56,979 bases of DNA from Catajapyx aquilonaris (lineage: Eukaryota). Shown here piece by piece: positions 47,653-56,979 of the stretch. The stretch is taken from contig JYFJ02002445.1 in the NCBI GenBank assembly GCA_000934665.2, positions 1-56,979 of the forward strand, given 5' to 3'. Below the pieces are notes generated by a model. That model was not told the DNA's origin, did not search any database, and saw nothing but the letters and a program-made list of their open reading frames with translations. A program made the translations under genes and the position numbers. Position 1 is the stretch's first letter. The number at the start of each line of letters is the position of its first letter.

Positions 47653-47995
47653 GGGGAGGTGTGGTGGCCGTGATGGTAACGTCTCGGCTTGCTGTGTGAA
47701 AGGCCCCAGGTTCGATCCCCGCCTGGGGAACTTTCCTTTCACCTGGGTCAGGAGGGTCTCTGACCTGCACCAAGGAGGTGTCTGGCAACCTAACCTCCTG
47801 GGGAACAGCACATGACCCATTTTCAGACGTGCACCTTGCACCCATGTTCCCTCCCCAAAAATCCCTATCCTTTCCCCATGTCCTTTCATCCTTGCACCGG
47901 AGTCAGAAGAAAAAATAGAAAATTGAAGCAAATGGTGGTATCCCACCCCCCTATAAGGGCCTATGGCCCTAGCACGGGGTAAAAAAAAAAAAAAA
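47653..47995 (+). mobile_element. tRNA-derived SINE (family 1, copy 2)
   Basis: Same head and body as 42786-43131, poly(A) tail, TSD GCCTCTATC (47644-47652 / 47997-48005). Confidence 0.92.
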
Positions 47996-48959
47996 GGCCT
48001 CTATCCATCTGCCTGTGGACAGGTATCAGCGCCTAAACCGCACGAGATATCGAAAAAGGGTTTTCCGATTCAGCATGACCAAAATACTGTAGGTTCATGG
48101 TCAACTTCTGGTGACCTGCCACATCTGGGTTCACTCTATCTGGCGAGGTCAAGTCTACAGGCAGGTTACCATATGATCTAGAAATTCATGTCCTTGGGTT
48201 CCTTGGCAACAGGAAATGAGATTGACAACATTCTATGCCATTGTTGCCCAATTAGAACTGCATCATGTCGTATTCCGTGGTATTCAAGGAAGATTTCCGC
48301 CTCATTTCCCCAGCTGATGGAGAAAAAACATTAGGTTTTGTCAGCGACATAAGCTGCAGGTTTTTGACGGGAATACATCTTTAAAATCGCAATGGTACTG
48401 GGGGACATGCATTAAAAGTTGACCGTTCCAAAAATTGGTGATAATGTTTCGTTACCGTTACAATCACATATATCTAAGCAGTCCTCCATGTACTGTCTTC
48501 TAGCATCTTGTGTGTAATGTTGCATATGTATGGGTCGTGTCGTTGTACTATAGTACCCAGTGACTCATCCATGCACTTGGCCGTCGAAACTTTCTTTCCT
48601 TGTCTGTACTCTCTCTGTCGTTCTGCACTTTACTTGTTGAGCTCCTTTTATTCCTTACGAGCTGGTTTTTCGTCTCTTATGCTTTTCTTGTATTCCTGTC
48701 GAGCTTTCGCATGCAATTTCAACGACATTATGAATTTTTCACTTTTCACCAACTTTACGCTTGTGTTTTTCAGTTTAATTAGATGGAAAAATCAAACCAA
48801 GTTTTTCTTCCTACTTTAATCCAAAACTGCGAACCTGAGTTTGAACCCTATGCATTTGCAATTATTGCAACTGAAAATGGTCAAATAAGGCACCATGTTG
48901 CTTTGAGAGAACTAGTAAAACTTCTGGCATTGACAAGAGTGGTTCAATATTAAGATTGC

Positions 48960-49743
48960 ATTAATGTTCAATTGAACTATGGAATCGGAAAACAAGCGAT
49001 GTCCCCTCAAAAATGAATTGGCACTTATGCACTTGTTGCTCTGAGCCTCTGTACGCCAAATGGCCGCAGGCACACGAAATTCGGGTGGTAGGTGCACTTG
49101 GCGAATCCATGACGATACAAGGTGTCATGAAACCAATATCACTGATGAGTGAGGAATGGGAGAGGTGTATTTGACTCCCCATCCTCTGGGCACCCCTGGG
49201 TTCTTGGCCTGTTTTCCGATTCCCATGCGAGTTCGAGGCCACATTGACCCCTCTGCAGGTCACAGTGATTGTCGCACCTGGACCACATCAACATGGTATT
49301 TTTCTTGTGGCAAATGCAAACCAATACCTGATAGTGTCACGAACCGAATCGCATGAACGAGTCAAATGCGGCACTGGTTTATCTGACCCCCCTCCCGTTT
49401 TTGATGTCGCTAATGTGCGACATATGCTTCTACATGTTGCTAATGGCATCGCCAACCAGCTGCGTACATAGGCATGAATGTGGTGTACACAAAGTATAGT
49501 CCATTGGTCATCAGAAACGGGAAGGGGTTCGTATGAACCAGTGCCGCATTTGACTCGTTCATGCTATTGGTTTCGTGACACCTTGTATCGTCATGGATTC
49601 ACCAGGTGCACCTACCACCTGAATTTCGTGTGCCTGCGATGCTCTGTTTGGTTTACAGATAGGTTCAGAGCAGTGCGTAAGTGCCAAGTGATTTTAGAGT
49701 GGATATCCCTTGATTTCCTATTCCATCATTCAATGAAAGTAAT
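48960..49743. repeat. Long foldback with a ~200-bp asymmetric insert
   Basis: GCAGGCACACGAAATTCGGGTGGTAGGTGCAC..GAATCCATGACGATACAAGGTGTCATGAAACCAATA pairs with 49565-49637. Inner stem GCATGAACGAGTCAAATGCGGCACTGGTT pairs with AACCAGTGCCGCATTTGACTCGTTCATGC. Confidence 0.85.
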
Positions 49744-49799
49744 ATTTCATAAATTCAATGACTGTGATATGCTACAAGTAGCACAGTACCTACAGTACT

Positions 49800-52585
49800 C
49801 TAAACAGCAAAAGTAATGTAGCGATTGTTTATGTGTTTTTGTGTTTATCTGTTGGTCATCCTGGGCGCTGCCAGGTTACAGATGTGTTTATTTGGCAATG
49901 TTCCGGAATCCACAACACTATGATCACCGGTCACGGTCGCAGTCCCTTGGCCACATAGTCCGGGTGTCGGGAGGCAGGCGGGGGTGGGAGCGGCGTTGCG
50001 TTGTCTGGTGAAGGTGAAATGGTGTTTATTTGGGGTGATGGGGGGAAGGGGGGCGGAGGGACCGGTGGGGCGGATGAGGCAGTGGCCACGACCTGGGCAA
50101 CATTCCCCCGGGCCCGGGGCGTCAAGGCAAAACTATACAGGGTGAAGGGAAACTCGTGGACAATCGCCAGGTAGAGTGTTAGTACTCACAAAACTAATAC
50201 AGGGATGTGCAATTAGTTTTGGGCGTTGTTGCATACTTAATGTATGCGGCGCCGTTAAAGTTTCGTGACATCATATCCGCCTGCCTCATTCAAAGAGGCA
50301 AAGGCAGTCTGAAGCCCTCCACATAATCCAGCCTTGTGACACCCTAACTCATCGTCAATGTACAGTAGGTGAATACGGTAAGAATCCAGGTGCGACACCC
50401 ATGCTCATTGTCGTTGCCTCCCTCATTAGCTGACATGCTGTGACATGATTCAGTACTGTATTGTACTACTGCGGTATTGTAGTGCTATTGACAGTACTGT
50501 AATGTCAGATATTCCCCGGCTGACCTGCAATGCCAGGGACAACCCAAGGACGGGGGGTGAGACATGGCCCTAGCACCCCGTCCGGTCAAAAAATGCGAGT
50601 TTGGTCTGATGTGGACCACTCGAATAGGTACCCTGGTCTTCACAGCTGTCCTCCTGGAAAGTCAGGCGCATGGAGCCAGGCGTGTCAGCCGGGTCAACTG
50701 GGGGGAGGAAAGGACGAGGATGGTGTTGGAGGCAGAGTACAGCATTTTATTACCCAAGAAGGTGCTCAAAATGTCTACCGTGCATACGTAGGCAGGTTTG
50801 GTTGGTTTGGTTTATTGAGAAGAAGCCAAAGCAACTATGGCTATCTGGCTATAGAAGACGCAAAGGTGGGTCAGATGGAGAGAGAAATGAAGAGGAAAAA
50901 GAAGAGAGGTCTCCTATCCCAAAGACCTGTGGCCCTAACAGTAGACGAAACTACCACCGGCATAGCTCTTGGGGTCATGGGCGAAACACAAACTCCACAA
51001 CCACAATAAGGTGGAGATACCATCAGGGGGGGGACGTAGGCAGGTACACGCACAACGCGTAACGCTCCCCTGTATGCGTTGCAGCATACCCCTGTCAATA
51101 TATTGTCATCTTACCGAAGCAGGTTGGTGTAGTGGATATGGAGTCCGCCTGCTAATCGGGTTGGCCTGGATTCGAATCCCGGGGCCGGCGACCCTGACCG
51201 TGGTTTTCTGTGGTTTTCCACGGTCCTCCCAGGATAATTCCGGGGTCGTTTCCGTAAAAACACGCCACAGCCGCTTCCTTCCGTCCCTATCCTATCCCAA
51301 AAAGCAAATAAAATGAAAGCAAAGAGTTCCAGTCAAAAAAAAAATTTCCCCCCTAAAGAGCCACTGGCTGATAACGGGGTATGAATTATTATTAATTATT
51401 ATCAGATTATTATATTGTCATCACTGCTGCATGTAATTTAGCCACAAGGTCTTCCAGGTCACGGGGTGAAGTCCTGTAGACTAGCTCGTTGAGATGTCCC
51501 CACAGGAAAAAATCCAATGGATTAAGGTCTGGGGACCTGGTGGGCCATGGCATGGCCACTGGTCCCAATATGGTCTGTCCAGCCACTCTCAGACATGTCT
51601 TCCGTAGGGCGGCAAAACACCATCATGCTGGAACCACATTCTTCGACGTACCTCCAGCAGGATGTCTCCAACAGCTCGGGTAGCACACTTCTCAAGAATA
51701 CCAAATAGTTGTCCGCAGTCAGTCTCCGTGGGAGGAGGTAGGGCCCAATGAGGATGTCTCCTACGATTCCAGTCTAGACATTGACCTGCCATCTGACCTG
51801 GTAGCTGCCCACGTGGACGAGGTGAGGGTTTTCAGCAGCCCAGTAGTGGCTGTTGTCATAGTTGTATATCCCCATATGGGTAAACCACTTCTCATTGTTC
51901 CACAAGATGCGTCCGATGAAAGTGGCATCTTCTTCGTCCTGGTGTAGCAGCCACTCGCAGTACTCTTGGCGGCGTGGGTAATCTTGCGGCTGCAGATTCT
52001 GCACATGGGTGTAATGATATGGGTGGAGACCCTCGTCATGTAACACGTCGAAGACAGCGTGTTGATCCTGGCGGAGACCACCCCCGATGGTATCTTCACC
52101 TTATCGTGGTGGTAGGGTTTGAGTTTCTCCCACGACCCCAAGAGCTATGCCGGTGGTAGCTTTGTCTACTGGTAGGGCCACCGTAGTCGGACACTGCATG
52201 CAGCAGTGACGACAATTGACAGGGGTATGCTGAAACAAGTACAGGGGAGGTGGGGAGCATTACCCGTCGTGCACGTACCGGCCTACGTGTGCACAAGGAT
52301 GGCCACTTCCTCATCCACCCCTCCGGTCCCTCCCGCCCCCTGCCCCCCCTCACCCCAAATAAACAATGTTTCACCTTCACCAGACAACGCAACGCCTCTC
52401 CCACCCCTGCTTACCTTCTGAGACCCAGACAGTGCAGCCAAGGGATCGCAGCCGTGACCAGTGATCATAGTGTTGTGGATTCCGGAACATCACCAAATAA
52501 ACATATCCGTAACCTGGTAGCGCCCAGGATTACCAACACATAAACACAAAAACACATAAACAGTCGCAACATTACTTTTGCGGTT
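49800..52585. mobile_element. Rearranged Tc1/mariner (DUF4817/maT-like) fossil with ~290-bp inverted segments
   Basis: 49800-50088 is the reverse complement of 52300-52585. Minus-strand transposase relics at 51420-52080: LHDEGLHPYH..QNLQPQDYPRRQEYCEW..ILW, NSHYWAAENPH, VNV*TGI..LIGPY, FQHDG, PDLNPLDFFLWGHL..LVY. Confidence 0.8.
51111..51410 (+). mobile_element. tRNA-derived SINE (family 4) with (ATT)n tail
   Basis: A box TGGTGTAGTGG, B box GATTCGAATCCC, core GGTTTTCTGTGGTTTTCC..CAGGATAATTCCGGG..GCCACAGCCGCTTCCTTCC common in insect SINEs. 12-bp TSD TATATTGTCATC. Confidence 0.9.
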
Positions 52586-52620
52586 AATAGTAGGCCACCT
52601 ATACTTTATATGGGGAAATG

Positions 52621-52768
52621 CAAGGGGTTAACCACTTCGGTACTCCGATGTACACCTGCAGTGGTACTCCCAGGTACTCCTTGGGTACTTTACTCTTAGG
52701 TACTCCTTGGTACTCCTTTAATTTTGGTACTCCAGTGTACACTTTACAGTTGAGTGGTTAACCGCTTG
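52621..52768. mobile_element. MITE (same family as 7001-7166) with 8-bp TSD
   Basis: TIR CAAGGGGTTAACCACT / AGTGGTTAACCGCTTG; TSD GGGAAATG (52613-52620 / 52769-52776). Confidence 0.9.
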
Positions 52769-53244
52769 GGGAAATGTTGTTGGAAACCTGTTGTAACCCA
52801 CACATCAAAATTATTATAACATACCCTACATTAAGGGGAATGATAGGAAATTATAAAATTGTTCACCTTGTATCATTAGTGGAGAAATTTTAAGAATTAT
52901 TATCACAAGCTCCTCCTATTTCCTGTACAGTACACCATCTTTACTTTTACTTCAAGTGTGAAGTTATTACTTGAATCTTATCAAATCATACAAAATAATA
53001 AATTCAGCTCCCTTGTTCTGACTGACATTGTAAGTATTGGTCTACAAATTGTTACCTGTTGTTCTGAGATGGAGCAGGGAATTGTTGCAGTCCTTGGAAA
53101 CCACTTTCCTCCAGCAGAAGGCAGAAGAAATCTTCCCTTTCCAGCTTCAGGATTCAAAGCTGACAGGCTCTGGAAGTAGAACAAAATGAGACTTTAGGAC
53201 CAAAATCTTCAGCAAAGTTGCTACCCTTCGTAGGCTATGATAAT

Positions 53245-53745
53245 AATATGATTAGCAGAATAGAGTGAGGGAAAAATAGTGCCACGAAACTGAATCCATA
53301 CCGGGATGTTCGACACTCATCACTCCACCAAGAGCCGTACAGTGACCGGGAAGTACTACACCCCTCACATGCAACTCACCCCAAACATAGAGTGGTTTTT
53401 CATTCCATGGAATATCGAGTGAAAGAGAATGTGAGCGGACCAAGGAAGTGCACGGAATCTCAGTACACTGAGTTCTCATAATATGCAACACACCTCTACA
53501 TGTCTAGAACAATGCATGTGACACTGGACTGAAGGAATCTGGAACCCGGTGTACCTAGATTCCGTGCGCTTCCTTAATCCACTCATATTCCCTTTCACTC
53601 GATATTCCATGGAACGTAAAACCACGCTACGTTTCAGGTACCGCTCACAGTACGGCTCCTACTGGAGGGAGGAGTGTGGAACCACCAGGTATGGGTTCAG
53701 TTTCGCCGGAACTCTTTTTCTCGCACTCTATTCTGCGAATCATAA
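53245..53745. repeat. Diverged ~500-bp foldback (likely an old MITE)
   Basis: TTCCATGGAATATCGAGTGAAAG..AAGGAAGTGCACGGAATCT pairs with AGATTCCGTGCGCTTCCTT..CTTTCACTCGATATTCCATGGAA. Outer pair GCAGAATAGAGTG / CACTCTATTCTGC. Confidence 0.8.
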
Positions 53746-53914
53746 TCGTAAGTTGCGTGCATCACAAATTTGCTTTCCGCTAAACATAGTGTGGTTTTAC
53801 GTTCCATGATTGTCTGGAAATCAAATCCATGATATGTTTTTTTCGGCGGGGGAGGAGGGGGGGTGTCCAACTGTTGCTTGCCATTCAGTAGTCGTTCAAG
53901 TCAGGGGGGTTGTA

Positions 53915-54836
53915 GGGTAAAGCAGGGCAACTGCGGCATTCCTTCTAATATATGGCACCAGGTGGTTGGAACTAGTGAAAATAACGTAAACGTTCACGAC
54001 GACCTTTCCCCACTCTGCCAAAAGTAGCATCATCTTCTCTTTTTTGTCACATTGATGAAAAATTGCCGCCACGGTCAAGATGGCATTTTAACTTTTCTGG
54101 CGAGCATGTAAGTATCTTTTGCAGAATTTCTGATGCGTCTTAAATCGCATGCTGCGTAACCACTCCGGCACTGTATATGTAAGAGGTTAAGGTGTACTAT
54201 CATGCTGCTCTTGTTCAGTTTTGGCAGAATAATTAGGATGGTTTTTAAAAAGGCTGCTGCACTTGCCCCTAATGAGGCATCTTCAGGGGCAAGTGTGTAC
54301 CCAATTAATACAGCTACGTAGATCTAAATGGAATATTGGAGGAATAAAGTTAGTGGTCGCCCAAAGAGGCGACAAGACATTTTTTTGTGGTCACCAATGT
54401 CCAATGGATAGTCCGCGACAGGCTAATTTCGAACACTGGTGTGAAAACACCAGACTTATTGCATTTAAATCAGATAATTCCAGTATTGTTGGCCAACCTG
54501 TTGCGGAGCAGTGAATAAAAGTTTATCCTGAAAGAACTAGTTGGTAAACTGGTCCTATGTAACCCGAAAAATGTTTATTACTGCATGACAGAATTCCAAA
54601 GTCGCACTTACCCCATGTCTCGGGGCAAGTGCATCACTGTGCACCACATGCATATTTTAATTATTTTCTGTAGCATCCACATAGATGAATGTTGTACAAT
54701 AGGTCATTTTGAAAGCCAATAAGGTAAGGTATATTGTCCATTACTTTTTTTCCTCACTTGCTAATTACTGAGGAAGTAGCATATGCCTTTAAACTGCACC
54801 TAATCAAAATCCGCCTGCACTTGCCCCTCTTTACCC
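53915..54836. mobile_element. pogo/Tigger-like non-autonomous element
   Basis: TA|GGGTAAAGCAGGGCAACTGC ... GCACTTGCCCCTCTTTACCC|TA, with internal GCACTTGCCCC/GGGGCAAGTG repeats. Confidence 0.75.
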
Positions 54837-55936
54837 TACCACCTGTCCACCTGGTATGTTGACAGTTTTGTCAAATCTTTCTGTGCACACTAATATCATG
54901 CATGGGCAATCTGTAATTTCGTTACTATAGGCTTCGTTCAATAAGGGTGAGTTTTGTTAATACTGAAAATGCAACTACGTAGTGTGGTTTTGATTTCCAC
55001 GATTCAATTCCAGTCAACTGATTACAACAGTGCCAAAGTAATAAAGAAATGAGATGAAAAACAATGTTGCATGATGACCTGTTCATTTGAGGCAGACTCA
55101 GCTGACGTGCCTGTGCACTGCAAGAGTGAGGCAAGGGCAAGCCCCCAAATACAGTGAAACCTGCCCATAACGGACCCTGGGTATAGCAGAAACCTATACA
55201 TTGCAGTATTTTTTCTGCGAAGTCTTACGTATAGGACATGCAATGTATTTTTTGACGGATATTACGAAACCTGCCCAACACGGAAACTGAAGGAATTTTT
55301 GTCTCCCTTCAAAGAAAATATAGGTTCATAACAGAAATCAAAGGGTTCACATTGTCTCTTGCGAGTCACAAAAATAGAAACTACAGCCGGGTTCACTCCC
55401 GACCCTACCAGGAGGCCTCTGAGGTCTGAGTAACCCTTTTTGGTCCATCCTTTCACCATAATGTAACTCCTAATTTCTGGAATTGCGATCGACCACGATC
55501 GAGATGGTGACTCGTGGTTCATAGGTGCCCTGCCTTCAAGTTCATTGTTCAGTCAATTTTTAAATTTCGGGGAAGAGGAAGGGGTTGACAAAGGCTCAAC
55601 GCATTACTTGTGTCTGGGCAGATGGTCCAAAAGAGCAGGCAAAATTAATAGCCCAAAAACTTGGTATGGCAAAACTTGGTGTTTCAAATGGGTGGCTGGA
55701 AAGTTTCTGCAACAGGCACAAAATTTCGCGGAAAAAAGTATGTGGTGTGTATGTGGGCTGATTTTGTACCATGTTGAAGGTAAGGTATTTTTGGGGTTTT
55801 AGATTATTTCACCATTGAAGTTCCCAGGAAGTATTTCAGTTGTATACAGAATGTGAAGGAGGTTGCAATTGGGAAATGGTTTGAACGTGGCCAGTTTAAA
55901 ATGTGCAATTAGGTTATCTTGCAGGCCTATACTTAA

Positions 55937-56228
55937 CTCTGGAACCGTGCCGTGGGGTCTTTTAGAACCCCAAAGAAATTAAAATGCATTAAAATTACAA
56001 TTACAATTAACTGTTTGCCATTTTTTAAAAGTATATAAAGGAAGTGCATGTTTATTTTATTTTGAATTAGGGATCATTTTAGGCATTGTTCAAAGAATGA
56101 TTGCATATAGTCAATACATTGAAAAGTATTATATATATAAAAATTCATGAAAATTAAAATATGGCATGGGGTCCTAAAAGACCCCATGGCACGGTTCCCG
56201 TAACTTTCAGGCACGTCAAGGTTCCAGG
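55937..56228. mobile_element. piggyBac-like MITE
   Basis: TTAA on both sides; terminal CTCTGGAACC / GGTTCCAGG; asymmetric internal IR GGAACCGTGCCGTGGGGTCTTTTAG / CTAAAAGACCCCATGGCACGGTTCC. Confidence 0.8.
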
Positions 56229-56979
56229 TTAACTCACGGTAACAGTAGTGATGAGGGTAGGAAAGACGAGTTGCTCTCCCCCTCTTTCACAATAACAACC
56301 TCTCCGTAGCTTCTGGTCCATTTGGAATTTTTCCCCCCAAGGTTTTCTTTATTGTGTGATTGGCTGTGGAAACACATCCATAAGCCTATACTCAAAGCTG
56401 ATGTGATTTTCCCCACCAATTGTTTGACTTCCATAATATATTATGAAGAAAATAATTAATCTTGGTCGTGGATGAATGGTGAATGCGACTGTGCTTGATG
56501 GGGACTCTCACCAACATTCTCCTTACTTGCTCCATACGTACCGGTACCTCTCATCATGTCAGTGTGCCAGTGCCGGCCAGTGCGCTTCGATTCACCCAGG
56601 TCCAGTTGTCGCCTTGTATTACTTGTTGGGTGCACACTCCTCACACTCACTCCTCTTCTCTTCTCCTGACTCTCCCTTGAATAACACCAGACTGGTTCCA
56701 ACCAGAATTTGGGGCAACCAGACCCAGGGTAGTCCCTGCTAAGACTACACAATAACCAACACATGATTAGAGTGACATCATAATAAATTATTATGTCAAC
56801 ACATCTACCACGCAACTCACCCTTGAAATGTTGGGAAACGAGACAAACACAGCAGAAAACATTAGGAAAGAACCCGATGAAAGAATTGATGACTTTCCAG
56901 TTGCACGCCCCTAGCGGCCAAATTTGGCCTGCCATCAAAATGGCGGCGTTAGCTATGCAGAGGCGGGATTTTCCTATCC

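Noticed and set aside
49142..49200. CTGATGAG followed by a stem: possible hammerhead ribozyme
   Set aside because: No GAAA after the putative stem II and no stem I/III pairing.
42786..51190. tRNA-like A/B boxes as tRNA genes
   Set aside because: Each is followed by a SINE body and tail, mostly with a TSD, and none forms a complete cloverleaf.
56936..56947. YY1/Pho-like motif CAAAATGGCGGC at the window edge
   Set aside because: A single short motif with no associated gene visible in the window.

Overview
Eukaryotic DNA, arthropod and most likely an insect: spliced genes, tRNA-derived SINEs and many Tc1/mariner, hAT/P, piggyBac and Helitron-like relics. 0.3-26 kb holds a minus-strand tandem cluster of divergent ionotropic receptors (IRs): one intact (IR-E), one intact except for a single in-frame TAA (IR-A), one double-frameshifted (IR-B) and two fragments. 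A ~13.5 kb block without long ORFs interrupts the cluster; it contains spliced non-coding-looking exons and a ~2.1 kb three-way-junction inverted-repeat structure. Next come two tandem 9-exon SLC22 transporters (27-34 kb), a fatty acyl-CoA reductase converging on a MATH-BTB (SPOP-like) gene (35-41 kb), a BC-box-like LRR gene (46-47.5 kb) and a dense TE field. Main signals: (1) a 278-bp, GC-rich, G4-containing pore cassette nearly identical between otherwise very divergent IRs, suggesting gene conversion; (2) the giant branched hairpin, whose youngest arm has a plus-strand G:U bias, a candidate hairpin-RNA/endo-siRNA locus; (3) single in-frame TAA codons in IR-A and the LRR gene; (4) four SINE families sharing one covarying 3' stem-loop. 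All alignments and counts were done by eye.
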